Source: a bacterium
GTDB lineage: Bacteria; Patescibacteriota; Patescibacteriia; UBA10025
Assembly (NCBI GenBank): GCA_021815445.1
Contig: JAKAGM010000001.1
Location: 67,447 to 131,446, forward strand
Length of the DNA: 64,000 nt
Direction: 5' to 3'
Below are positions 17,125-26,354 of this stretch, piece after piece. The translations under genes were made by a program, and so were the position numbers. The notes below the pieces were generated by a model. The model saw only the letters and a list, made by a program, of their open reading frames with translations, was not told where the DNA came from and did no database searches. The first letter of the stretch is position 1, and every line of letters begins with the position of its first letter.

Positions 17125-18192
17125 ATGGAAAAGAAAGACACTGCCATCAACGTAAACATCTCGTCGCTGACCATAGTCAAAATTCTGATTATCGGAATGC
17201 TTATATGGTTTCTCTACCTCGTGAGGGACGTGGTGCTGATTTTGCTCGTCGCTATCATTCTCGCTTCCGCGTTTAATCCGTGGGTCAATTGGCTCCAAGC
17301 CCGCAAGATACCCCGGGTACTCGGTGTTTTTATTATTTATCTCGCCGTGTTCGGTGTCATAAGTTTGTCCATCGGGCTGCTGATTCCTCCTCTCGCGGAA
17401 CAAATCCAGCAAATTTCACACAATTTCCCTCAATATTACCAGCGCATTACCACGGACTTTCAGAACTTCAAGGATTTTTCAATTTCCGGCGGTCTTCTCG
17501 GTAACATCAACAAGACGCTTGAATCGTTCCAGGTCAATATCGCCAACACGACTTCGGGATTTTTCTCTTCAGTTATCAGCGTCTTCGGCGGGTTCTTCGC
17601 GTTCATCGGCGTTGTAGTAATTACGTTCTATATGCTCGTCGAGGAGAATGCGATAAAGAGGTTTGTGCGCGCCATAGCTCCGGAGAATTACCAGCCGTAC
17701 CTTATCCTGTTATCCAATAAAATCCAGGATAAAATAAGCGAATGGCTCAAGGGGCAGCTCATCCTTCTCCTGATCATCGGGGCCATGTCGTATGTCGGAC
17801 TGCTCATTTTGGGCGTTGACTACGCTCTTGTTCTTGCCTTATGGGCGGGGCTTACGGAGTTTATCCCGTTCCTCGGGCCGTTTCTCGGCGCAATCCCCGC
17901 GGTATTTATCGCCTTTACCATCAGCCCGTTAAAAGCGTTGCTCGTCATCGGGCTGTACATCCTTATCCAACAGCTTGAAAATCATTTCATCGTGCCGCGG
18001 GTGATGTCCAAGGCTGTCGGCTTAAATCCGTTAATTATTATTATCATCATGCTTGTCGGGGCGAAACTCGCGGGTATCATCGGAATTATTTTGGCTGTCC
18101 CTGTGGCGCTCATGGTAGAGGTCTTTGTGAGGGATTTTTTCCAAAAGCGAGGGGCGGACCTGCCGCGCCAGATTGCCAAAGACATACAATAA
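17125..18192 (+). CDS. AI-2E family transporter (PerM/YdiK-like permease)
   Basis: 355 aa, 8 TM, characteristic ...ILLVAIILASAFNPWVNWL... and C-terminal ...QQLENHFIVPRVMSKAVGLNPL... Confidence 0.75.
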   Translation: MEKKDTAINVNISSLTIVKILIIGMLIWFLYLVRDVVLILLVAIILASAFNPWVNWLQARKIPRVLGVFIIYLAVFGVISLSIGLLIPPLAEQIQQISHNFPQYYQRITTDFQNFKDFSISGGLLGNINKTLESFQVNIANTTSGFFSSVISVFGGFFAFIGVVVITFYMLVEENAIKRFVRAIAPENYQPYLILLSNKIQDKISEWLKGQLILLLIIGAMSYVGLLILGVDYALVLALWAGLTEFIPFLGPFLGAIPAVFIAFTISPLKALLVIGLYILIQQLENHFIVPRVMSKAVGLNPLIIIIIMLVGAKLAGIIGIILAVPVALMVEVFVRDFFQKRGADLPRQIAKDIQ

Positions 18193-18321
18193 CGAGCAAG
18201 TAAAGGACCGTGTGGTTGACTCGGCGAAATGTTTTTGATACCTGTAAAAATAAGTTTGAGTTGGTGTATTTTTCGCTTACCTGAGCTTACGAATATCGCA
18301 ATATGTTCAAAAGAAAATAAC

Positions 18322-18448
18322 TGCCCCTCCGGGCGGGCTCCACTTTTCTTTGCTCGTCCAAAGAAAAGTGGAGAGAAAAGAAAAGACGTCGCGGCGCAAA
18401 CTCACCCCACCCCATCGGATGGCGTGGGGTTCAGACAGTGCGCCGCGA
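18322..18448 (+). repeat. copy A of ~130-nt structured intergenic repeat: three hairpins including CCACTTTTCTTTG-ctcgtc-CAAAGAAAAGTGG
   Basis: ~85% identical to 20538-20670; differences in hairpin 3 are compensatory; the overlapping ORFs are in different frames in the two copies. Confidence 0.6.
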
Positions 18449-18602
18449 ACAAGATACTATTTTACGGGGTTTTTGGGAATAGGCCAATGTAAGTTGTTAT
18501 GACAGAAATCACCATTGGGAACCTCTGGTAGCCCATTTTTTGGTATAAAGAAAAGGGCGGGAGATGCTCATGATCCCCATCCCCCGAAGTGCGATTTTGC
18601 TC

Positions 18603-18836
18603 CTACCATTTGATTTTCGATCTCTTTCGGCGTTTATGACCCCTTTTACGATCACGCCTTTCCCGAGCGATACGGGTGATTTCGGCGATGTGCCTTCGCC
18701 TCCCAGGAGAGCTGAATTCTTGGTGCAACTTCAGCTCCTTCATGACACCTGACTTTTCGACGGTTTTTTGAAAACGTTTCATCGCTCTCTCAAAACTCTC
18801 GTCGCCTCTCACCCTCACCCCAACTCCTCCGTGCAT
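18603..18836 (-). CDS. rpsU: 30S ribosomal protein S21
   Basis: ...VRVRGDESFERAMKRFQKTVEKSGVMKELKLHQEF... is S21-like with a basic C-terminal tail; AGGAGG RBS before the ATG at 18836 (alternative GTG 18 nt downstream); the ORF-track upstream extension is rejected. Confidence 0.75.
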   Translation of the reverse strand: MHGGVGVRVRGDESFERAMKRFQKTVEKSGVMKELKLHQEFSSPGRRRHIAEITRIARERRDRKRGHKRRKRSKIKW

Positions 18837-18935
18837 GCCTCCTCCTTGATAGGCCAGGTGAACGTTGGTATTTATCACAGTGTAGTGAGAGGGCGTTTTA
18901 CTGTCAAGCATGGAGTGAGGTACACTATAGGCACT

Positions 18936-19616
18936 ATGGGAACACTCTCAGTTATCGCCACGCCAATAGGAAATCTCGAGGATATCACGCTTCGCGCCTT
19001 GCGGATATTGAAAGAGTGCGACGCGGTCCTTTGCGAGGATACCCGCCAGACCCAGAAACTGTTGGGGCATTTTGACATTCACAAACGCGTCATCAGCTAC
19101 CACCAGCATTCGAGCGAGGAGCGGACCCAGGAGATTCTCGACCTCCTTCGAGCGGGTAGAAAGCTGGCTTTAGTGAGTGACAGCGGTACCCCGGCAGTGT
19201 CCGACCCTGGAGGAAGGCTTGTCAGACGGGTTCGCGACGAGTTTAGAAGCGATGTTATTATTAACCCCATTCCCGGCCCTTCGGCGGTGACAGCTGCAGC
19301 GTCGGTGGCAGGAGTCCCCACCGACGAATTTCTTTTTCTCGGATTTCTGCCTCACAAAAAAGGCAGACAGACGCTGGTTAAGGAGATCGCCGACTGTAAA
19401 CGGACTCTCATCTTTTACGAATCCCCGCACCGTATCCACAAGGCGATGGAGCAGCTCAAAGAAGTGCTTGACCCGGAACGCATGATAGTTGTTTGCCGCG
19501 AACTGACAAAGAAATTTGAAACTATAGTTAGCGGACCCTTTGAGGAAGTTTCAACCAAAATACTTTCCGAGGAACCGAGAGGGGAGTACGTCGTAGTAGT
19601 TGCGGGAAAGTCATAG
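18936..19616 (+). CDS. rsmI: 16S rRNA (cytidine1402-2'-O)-methyltransferase RsmI
   Basis: MGTLSVIATPIGNLEDITLRALRILKECDAVLCEDTR... is the canonical RsmI N-terminus (tetrapyrrole-methylase fold); the ORF-track upstream extension is rejected. Confidence 0.8.
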   Translation: MGTLSVIATPIGNLEDITLRALRILKECDAVLCEDTRQTQKLLGHFDIHKRVISYHQHSSEERTQEILDLLRAGRKLALVSDSGTPAVSDPGGRLVRRVRDEFRSDVIINPIPGPSAVTAAASVAGVPTDEFLFLGFLPHKKGRQTLVKEIADCKRTLIFYESPHRIHKAMEQLKEVLDPERMIVVCRELTKKFETIVSGPFEEVSTKILSEEPRGEYVVVVAGKS

Positions 19617-19636
19617 AGATTGAAAAAAATACTACC

Positions 19637-20482
19637 GTGGATAAAGAAATAGACATTTTTTTTGACGTTGATTACACCGTGCTCGATTTTGAGCCGGCTC
19701 ATCGTCGAGCTATAGCTTTGCTTGGAGAGAAGTATGGACAGGCATTCGCCAAGGAGTTCAAGAATATTTTTGATATTGTTCTTGAGGGCAAACGGGTCAA
19801 AGATGATGTATGGACTGCCGTACCTGGCGGCCGGCACGCTTATGAACAAACGGTGAGTCAGCTTCAAGCCCTCACACAACATCAAAAGCCTTTTATCTGG
19901 AGTCGTGAACTGCACGCTGCGTTAGCCGGTAAGCGGGTTCAAAGAACTCTTTCACCGGAACAATCGGTGGAAGCCGCAGAAATATACTGGACTGGCATTC
20001 GCAACTATGGCAGGCCATTTTCTGACACGCAGGCATTGATCAATCACCTGGACAGCCAGTCGATTGGATACCATCTCTTCTCAAGTTCCGATTTTCGTTT
20101 GAAGTCGCATTCAGGGACGTGGCAGTATGATCCTGAATATTCTGCAAGCCGGAAAATGGAACGAATGACGGAGTTGCGGCATTTTGGAATAAAACCAGAA
20201 AGTATTACTATCGGCGATCCGGTTGATAAACCGGAGCCGGCTTTTTATGCAAAGATGCTACGCATCGCCTCAGAGGCAGTGAAAAAAACCATTGAACCGC
20301 AACAGTCGATAATTGTTGGGGACTCATATGTGGTCGATGTTCAGGTTCCGGTACAACAGTTACATTTTCTCAGGGGATATTGGTTACGACGGGGAGAGAA
20401 ATCAGCACAACTGAGCGAAAATATTTTTTCGATCAGTTCTCTGGAAGAGATCATCCAACATATTAATGCTCTGTCATCCTGA
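19637..20482 (+). CDS. HAD-superfamily hydrolase-like protein
   Basis: GTG start; motif I FFDVDYTVLD near the N-terminus, motif IV ...IIVGDSYVVDV... Confidence 0.5.
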   Translation: MDKEIDIFFDVDYTVLDFEPAHRRAIALLGEKYGQAFAKEFKNIFDIVLEGKRVKDDVWTAVPGGRHAYEQTVSQLQALTQHQKPFIWSRELHAALAGKRVQRTLSPEQSVEAAEIYWTGIRNYGRPFSDTQALINHLDSQSIGYHLFSSSDFRLKSHSGTWQYDPEYSASRKMERMTELRHFGIKPESITIGDPVDKPEPAFYAKMLRIASEAVKKTIEPQQSIIVGDSYVVDVQVPVQQLHFLRGYWLRRGEKSAQLSENIFSISSLEEIIQHINALSS

Positions 20483-20537
20483 CCTCGTCGAATGATGGGG
20501 GAAGGATCCCGATGTTCTGCGCATGGGATTTTTTTAG

Positions 20538-20670
20538 TTCTCCTCCGGAGGGGCTCCACTTTTCTTTGCTCGTCCAAAGAAAAGTGGAGAGAAAAGAAAG
20601 GACGTCGCGGCGCAAACTCACCCCGCACCATTTGATGGTGCAGGGTTCAAACATGCGCCGCGAGGGATGC
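20538..20670 (+). repeat. copy B of ~130-nt structured intergenic repeat
   Basis: see 18322-18448; contains the same 13-bp stem hairpin and a covarying distal hairpin (CCCCGCACCAT-ttg-ATGGTGCAGGG). Confidence 0.6.
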
Positions 20671-20770
20671 GGGGTTTTCTCCAGGCTTTTATTCCGAAAC
20701 GATTTTTTGACAATATCTCGTCATTTGTTAGGCTGGGGGTAGTGACACTGGCCCTTTTTCGGAGGTGAAC

Positions 20771-20971
20771 ATGGGAAAGCGAGGGAACACCCAATCTCAA
20801 AAGCGTCCTTTGGCACCTGTGGTAAAACGACTGACCTCCACGCAGATATGCGATGCATGCAGTCCGGGTGCTCAGACGCGATGTTTTCACTGTCCAGAGT
20901 GTCCGGTGGGCGCTGACCCCGGAAACGGTTTCGTTTCCCGCACACCGTTCGAGGTCCTTCCACCCCTGTGA
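20771..20971 (+). CDS. possible small Cys-rich (zinc-ribbon-like) protein, 66 aa
   Basis: GGAGG RBS 5 nt upstream of the ATG; CxxC-x9-CxxCxxC; GC stem + T7 terminator-like sequence right after the stop. Confidence 0.35.
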   Translation: MGKRGNTQSQKRPLAPVVKRLTSTQICDACSPGAQTRCFHCPECPVGADPGNGFVSRTPFEVLPPL

Positions 20972-21037
20972 TGGCGAAGCCACCGGGGGCTTTTTTTATT
21001 GGGCCAGAATCGTTAGTATGATATACTTACATACGGT

Positions 21038-22477
21038 ATGAAGAAGAAGTTCTACATTACAACCCCGATTTACTATGTAAATGATAAGCCGCACATCGGC
21101 CACGCGTATACAACCATTGCCGCTGATGTACTGGCGCGGTGGCATCGTGCCCAGGGTCATGACGTTTTTTTTCTCACCGGTACTGACGAGCATGGGGACA
21201 AGGTGGCTGAGAGCGCGAAGAAACAGGGGATGGGCGTCGAAGAGTTTGTAGAAAAAAATGCCGCTGAGTTCGAAAAGACGTTTACGAACCTCAACATCCG
21301 GTTCGACGTTTTTATGCGCACCACGTTTCCTGAGCATAATGAATCGGTGCAAATATTCATGCGGAAATTGAAAGACGCCGGAGCGCTCTACGAGGGTGTC
21401 TACCAGGGGCTCTATTGCAAAGGGTGTGAGGATTTTTACATGGAAAAGGATTTGATCGACGGGAAGTGTCCTATCCACAATATCCCGCCCGAGATAGTGA
21501 AAGAGAAGAACTGGTTTTTCAAGCTTGAATCATACTTGCCCCGAGTTCGTGAACTTATCGAGTCGGGAGAAATAGCTGTAGAGCCCGAAGCGCGTAAAAA
21601 CGAGGTGCTCGGACTTTTCAAGCAGGAATTGAAGGACTTCTCAGTAACTCGTGAGCGCGTAAGGTGGGGGTTGGATTTCCTCGGCACCGGCCAGAAAATA
21701 TATGTCTGGGTCGAAGCGCTGCAAAATTACATCTCAGCCGTCGGATACGGCCGTGACGAAAAGCAGTTCAAGAAGTGGTGGCCGGCCGATGTTCACTTGA
21801 TGGCGAAGGACATTATCAAGTTCCATGCTATTTACTGGCCGGCCATGCTGATCGCTGCAGGCGTTGAGACGCCGAAAAAAATATACGCCCATGGTTTTTT
21901 CAGTCTCGACGGCAAAAAAATGTCTAAATCGCTGGGGAACGTGATCGATCCGAATGACCTCGTCAAAAAGTTCGGCGCTGACGCGACAAGGTTTCTTCTG
22001 CTGTTACAGTTTCCTTTTGGGCAGGACGGCGACATCAAAGAATCAAAGTTTGTGGAACAGTACAACGCTTTTCTTGCTAATTCGATCGGCAATCTCGTCA
22101 GCAGAGTCGCAACCCTCGTCGAGCAAAGCGGTAGTACATTACCGTCACGACAGGATCTTGACGAGAAAAAAATTCTTATAAAAAGGTTTTTAAAAGATTT
22201 ACCTCAAGAAATTGAACGAATGGATTTTAACGCCGCGTTAAGCACGATTTTCACTGCGTTAAAAAACCTTAACGAGGATATAGCTAGAGATAAACCATGG
22301 GAAATGGAAGTAGGAGATGAAGGGCGACTCAGTTTGTTACGAGGTTATGTGGATGGGATTCTCGAAGTTGCTCGGGCGCTCGAACCCTTTATGCCCGAAA
22401 CAAGCAAAGCGGTCATTCACCAGTTTACAGCAAAGAAAATAACTAAAGGTAGACCGCTTTTTCCCCGCATGTCATAA
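21038..22477 (+). CDS. metG: methionine--tRNA ligase (short form lacking the C-terminal tRNA-binding domain)
   Basis: HIGH motif (PHIGHAYTTI) and KMSKS present; 479 aa. Confidence 0.9.
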   Translation: MKKKFYITTPIYYVNDKPHIGHAYTTIAADVLARWHRAQGHDVFFLTGTDEHGDKVAESAKKQGMGVEEFVEKNAAEFEKTFTNLNIRFDVFMRTTFPEHNESVQIFMRKLKDAGALYEGVYQGLYCKGCEDFYMEKDLIDGKCPIHNIPPEIVKEKNWFFKLESYLPRVRELIESGEIAVEPEARKNEVLGLFKQELKDFSVTRERVRWGLDFLGTGQKIYVWVEALQNYISAVGYGRDEKQFKKWWPADVHLMAKDIIKFHAIYWPAMLIAAGVETPKKIYAHGFFSLDGKKMSKSLGNVIDPNDLVKKFGADATRFLLLLQFPFGQDGDIKESKFVEQYNAFLANSIGNLVSRVATLVEQSGSTLPSRQDLDEKKILIKRFLKDLPQEIERMDFNAALSTIFTALKNLNEDIARDKPWEMEVGDEGRLSLLRGYVDGILEVARALEPFMPETSKAVIHQFTAKKITKGRPLFPRMS

Positions 22478-22497
22478 TATCCACAGGAGAATACCTT

Positions 22498-23007
22498 ATG
22501 CCCACATTTGACCTGGTCCTCATCATACTTTTTCTCTATTTCGTGTTTAGCGGGTTTTGGTTCGGGCTCATCCACACGGTAGGCGTTATACTCGGCGTCG
22601 TTGTCGGCGTACTTGCGGCGGGGAATTTTTACGAATCAGTTGCCACATTCTTGCAGTTTTTGTTTTTCAAAGCGGGTGTGGCCCACGTCGTGGCGTTCAT
22701 CCTCATTTTCGTCGTCGTCAACCAGCTGGTGGGGTTTATTTTCCAGAGGATAGACAAAGGGTTCAAGCTGGTAAGCATTATCCCGTTTTTGGGACCCATC
22801 AACAGGCTTGCCGGCGCCGTTCTCGGCATCGTCGCAGGGTTCCTTATTCTCGGCACAATCCTCACCGTCGCGAAGGCGTATCCGTTCTCGGATTCTTTTT
22901 CGCACAGCCTCGAGACATCGCAGATAGCCCATCTGCTCATCGGAGGCGCGGCGATACTTACCGCCCTTCTTCCCGAGCACCTGAAAAGCATCATCCGCGC
23001 TGCGTAG
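22498..23007 (+). CDS. cvpA: CvpA-family membrane protein (colicin V production protein-like)
   Basis: 169 aa, 4 TM, N-terminus MPTFDLVLIILFLYFVFSGFWFGLIHTV... typical of CvpA; AGGAGA RBS. Confidence 0.65.
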   Translation: MPTFDLVLIILFLYFVFSGFWFGLIHTVGVILGVVVGVLAAGNFYESVATFLQFLFFKAGVAHVVAFILIFVVVNQLVGFIFQRIDKGFKLVSIIPFLGPINRLAGAVLGIVAGFLILGTILTVAKAYPFSDSFSHSLETSQIAHLLIGGAAILTALLPEHLKSIIRAA

Positions 23008-23025
23008 CGGAGGCGGCATCCTGCC

Positions 23026-23868
23026 ATGGAGCTCATCGATACCCACTGTCATCTCAATTTTAACGCCTACAAGGACGACATAGACCAGGTCGTGAAACGC
23101 ACCCTCGATGCGGGGATGCGCGTGATTAACGTCGGCTCGCAGAGCACGACGAGCCAGCGCGCTATCGACATGGCGGCCCAGTACCCGGGCAAGATGTTCG
23201 CCGCAGTCGCGCTTCATCCCATCCATCTCCACACGATGCACGTAGACGAGGTGGAGATTCCTTTCACGACCCGCGAGGAAGAGTTCGACGAGAAGCTGTA
23301 CGACAAGCTCGCCCAGAAACCGGGCGTTGTCGCAATCGGAGAGTGCGGGCTTGATTATTTCCGCATCCCCGGCGACATTGACGAAGCTGAGTATATCAAA
23401 AAACAGAAGGATGTCTTTCTCAAACATGTTGAGCTGGCGCAAAGGCGGTCACTCCCGCTTATTTTGCATTGCAGATCAATGAAAGACGACCCCGAACGCG
23501 CATACCTCGAAATGCTCGAGGTACTACAGCACGCGAACTATTCCCGCGGCGTTGTCCACTGTTACGGCTCGACGCTCAACGTGGCAAAGAAATTTCTCGA
23601 CGTCGGTTTCATGATTTCGTTCACCGGCATCATAACCTTTCCGAATGCGAAAGAGCTTGTCGAGGTAGTGAAGTTCGTCCCGCTGGACCGGATGATGGTG
23701 GAGACCGACGCGCCATACCTTGCTCCTCAACAGTTCAGGGGCAAACGTAACGAGCCGCTCTACGTGAAGTATGTTGCAGAAAAGGTGGCCGAAACCAAGA
23801 GCGTTCAGCTCGAAGACGTCGCACGCCAGACGACGGAGAATGCTGAAAAGTTTTTTGGGTTACAGTAA
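23026..23868 (+). CDS. tatD: TatD-family metal-dependent hydrolase/DNase
   Basis: MELIDTHCHLNFNAY... with conserved His/Asp/Glu ligand pattern. Confidence 0.85.
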   Translation: MELIDTHCHLNFNAYKDDIDQVVKRTLDAGMRVINVGSQSTTSQRAIDMAAQYPGKMFAAVALHPIHLHTMHVDEVEIPFTTREEEFDEKLYDKLAQKPGVVAIGECGLDYFRIPGDIDEAEYIKKQKDVFLKHVELAQRRSLPLILHCRSMKDDPERAYLEMLEVLQHANYSRGVVHCYGSTLNVAKKFLDVGFMISFTGIITFPNAKELVEVVKFVPLDRMMVETDAPYLAPQQFRGKRNEPLYVKYVAEKVAETKSVQLEDVARQTTENAEKFFGLQ

Positions 23869-23882
23869 GCGGTTTCATGGAA

Positions 23883-23916
23883 TAAAAAGACCCCGTCCAA
23901 GACGATATGGACGGGG
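23883..23916 (-). terminator. stem-loop CCCCGTCCA-8 nt-TGGACGGGG with T-run on the minus strand (bidirectional terminator between tatD and the small minus-strand ORF)
   Basis: 9-bp perfect stem; TCTTTTTATT follows on the minus strand. Confidence 0.5.
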
Positions 23917-23943
23917 TGTAAAGCTGAGAAAGATCGGCTGTCA

Positions 23944-24138
23944 TCAGTCGTCGTCACCCTCGGGGATTGGCCCGCCGACCTTATGGCCGCTGCCGGTAGT
24001 CCAGCTGCAGCCGTCTGGCTGGAAAGCGGTGAGCGTGTGTCGCGGCAACTCTCCATCCGACGGATCTTCTGGGACCTGCGACTGCGCTTGTTGCGAAACT
24101 CCGTTTCCGGATTCCCTCGAACTTTTTTGATTCCTCAT
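23944..24138 (-). CDS. possible small acidic protein (64 aa, low complexity, C-terminal ...EGDDD)
   Basis: GAGGGGG RBS 5 nt upstream of the ATG, terminator downstream; no homology recognised; could be spurious. Confidence 0.3.
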   Translation of the reverse strand: MRNQKSSRESGNGVSQQAQSQVPEDPSDGELPRHTLTAFQPDGCSWTTGSGHKVGGPIPEGDDD

Positions 24139-24401
24139 GCCGCCCCCTCTGCTTGTTTGTTGCCGTTGGGTGAAAGAGCTTTGTTAAAGTTACCGGAGAT
24201 AGTAGCATATTTTTGGAGCTTGTCAAGGCGGTGTACAGTTAATACCTTGAAGTGACAGTTGGTACGCTGGGCTAGTTTGACGAACGTTCATATTTACAAT
24301 ACAATTCGTTTACATTCACCCGTCGCTTTATCGAGCGGCAGGTTTGTATTTCTTTCACCCTAGTTTGTCATCCCGAACTCGATTCGGGATCTTTATAAAG
24401 T

Positions 24402-24719
24402 ATGGAGAGAACCTATTACGTTTATATCATCACAAATACATATAATACCGTATTCTATATTGGTGTCACTAATGATATTATTAGGAGAACAATCGAACAT
24501 AGGACAGGTATTATTGTGGGATTTAGTAAGCGATACAAGCTGCATAAGCTCGTTTTTTATGAAGTAACTGGTGACATTAGCTACGCCCTCGCGCGCGAAA
24601 AACAATTGAAGAATTGGCGTAGGAAATGGAAGCTCGATTTAATACGTACTATTAATCCTTCACTGAAAGATCTCATTGATGACCTATTTGATAAAGATGC
24701 CGAATCAAGTTCAGCATGA
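24402..24719 (+). CDS. GIY-YIG nuclease-family small protein
   Basis: YYVYIITNTYNTVFYIGVTNDIIRRTIEH... = GIY-YIG motif; gene and 5' flank are strongly AT-rich relative to surroundings. Confidence 0.7.
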   Translation: MERTYYVYIITNTYNTVFYIGVTNDIIRRTIEHRTGIIVGFSKRYKLHKLVFYEVTGDISYALAREKQLKNWRRKWKLDLIRTINPSLKDLIDDLFDKDAESSSA

Positions 24720-24764
24720 CAAGCTTGTGTTGTTTTTAGCTTATAAATCCGCTACACTATCTCT

Positions 24765-25838
24765 ATGAATATTGCAGTCACCATCCTCGCAGTTCTCATT
24801 CTCATCGGCATCGTCGTGGTCGTTTTTATGCTGAGAAAGAAAGGCGGAGAAGGGGACACTGCTGTCCAAAAAGAGTTCCAGGAAAAGATGGTGCGGCTTG
24901 AGGAACGTATCGGCCAACTCAATGAGAAAGCCACCGAACAGACCCGCGTCCTCGACCAGAAGCTCGGCGAGTCAACACGCGCCATCCAAGAGCAGTTTAG
25001 CCACTCGACGAAGATTGTTCGCGACGTGACCGAGAAACTCACCAAGCTCGATGAAACCAACAAACAGGTGTTGAATTTCTCGGACCAATTGCGCAACCTC
25101 CAAGATATCCTGCAGAACCCGAAACAGCGCGGGATACTGGGCGAATACTTTTTGGACACGCTTCTTAAGAACGTACTGCCGCCCGGTTCGTACCAGATGC
25201 AGTACAAATTCAAAGACGGTGAAATCGTTGACGCCGTGGTGAAAATCAAGGACAAGCTGGTGCCAATAGATTCCAAGTTCAGCCTGGAAAATTACAACAG
25301 GTTATCTGAAACGCACGACGAGGCAGAACGGAAAGTCCTCGAAAAAGCTTTCGTCAACGATTTGAAAATGCGCATCCAGGAAACGGCCAAGTACATCCGC
25401 CCCAGCGAAGACACGCTCGATTTCGCTTTTATGTTCATCCCGTCAGAGGCGATTTACTACGACCTGCTCGTCAATAAAGTCGGCGCTATTACGGAGGACA
25501 CCGAGAACTTAATCCAGCGTGCCGCGAACAAGTATCATGTCATTATCGTTTCTCCGACCTCGTTCCTCGCCTACTTGCAGACGGTACTCGAAGGCCTCCG
25601 TGCAATGCAGATAGAGGAATCCGCCAAAGAAATCCGCAAGAATGTCGAACAGCTCGCAAAGCACCTGATAACTTATGACACCTACATGCAAAAGATGGGC
25701 CAACACCTTGGCACGACGGTGAACACGTACAATTCAGCATATAAAGAATTCAAGAAGGTTGATAAGGATGTATTGAAAATTGCAGATGTTGGTGGTAATG
25801 TGGAGCCGCTGGAATTAGAAAAGCCGAAGGAAGAATAG
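24765..25838 (+). CDS. rmuC: DNA recombination protein RmuC
   Basis: N-terminal TM helix, long coiled coil, C-terminal RmuC domain (...DFAFMFIPSEAIYYDLL...). Confidence 0.7.
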   Translation: MNIAVTILAVLILIGIVVVVFMLRKKGGEGDTAVQKEFQEKMVRLEERIGQLNEKATEQTRVLDQKLGESTRAIQEQFSHSTKIVRDVTEKLTKLDETNKQVLNFSDQLRNLQDILQNPKQRGILGEYFLDTLLKNVLPPGSYQMQYKFKDGEIVDAVVKIKDKLVPIDSKFSLENYNRLSETHDEAERKVLEKAFVNDLKMRIQETAKYIRPSEDTLDFAFMFIPSEAIYYDLLVNKVGAITEDTENLIQRAANKYHVIIVSPTSFLAYLQTVLEGLRAMQIEESAKEIRKNVEQLAKHLITYDTYMQKMGQHLGTTVNTYNSAYKEFKKVDKDVLKIADVGGNVEPLELEKPKEE

Positions 25839-25871
25839 TTTAACATTTATTAACTCGCAACATCGCTAGAT

Positions 25872-26342
25872 ATGGACTCACAAAGCACAGTATTTGCAAA
25901 ATCAGTTCTTCAGGAAAAACACAAGTACAAAGTTTTACTTAACATTCTGGTGGGGCTGATTCTTGCTAGGTTGATTATTTTTTTCTTTTTAGCAATTCCC
26001 TCCCTTATCAATGCAAAAAATACTGTTGGCCTCATTCTTGGTGTTTTTTTCGTTCTTATATATGCAGCTGTCGCAATAGTTTGGATATTCCTGTTACGCA
26101 AACCTTATAAATGGGCGTACATTGTTTTTATTATCCTCTCGACATATTCGTTGCTTTCCTCAATGCAGGTAAATGCAAAAGGTTTCAGAGAAGCTTTGGG
26201 TATCGGTGGCGGTATTTTGATATCACTATTTGCTCTTATCTGCGCGTACGTAATCTATCGGGGAATTTTTCCAAAAAAGGAAAAGGCAATTGTTCAATCA
26301 GTGGATGGGCAACAAGTGTTAGGAAAGCCGAAAGAGGAGTAG
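25872..26342 (+). CDS. integral membrane protein (4 TM), hypothetical
   Basis: hydrophobic 156-aa product. Confidence 0.45.
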   Translation: MDSQSTVFAKSVLQEKHKYKVLLNILVGLILARLIIFFFLAIPSLINAKNTVGLILGVFFVLIYAAVAIVWIFLLRKPYKWAYIVFIILSTYSLLSSMQVNAKGFREALGIGGGILISLFALICAYVIYRGIFPKKEKAIVQSVDGQQVLGKPKEE

Positions 26343-26354
26343 CTGGTACGTTGT

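Noticed and set aside
18229-18492. 87-aa ORF (and 76-aa ORF 20512-20742) spanning the ~130-nt repeat
   Set aside because: The two repeat copies are read in different frames by these ORFs. Conservation is at the nucleotide and structure level, so protein coding is unlikely
22557-23063. 168-aa Arg-rich ORF overlapping cvpA
   Set aside because: It is an alternative frame of the cvpA gene with a GC-rich frame-artefact composition
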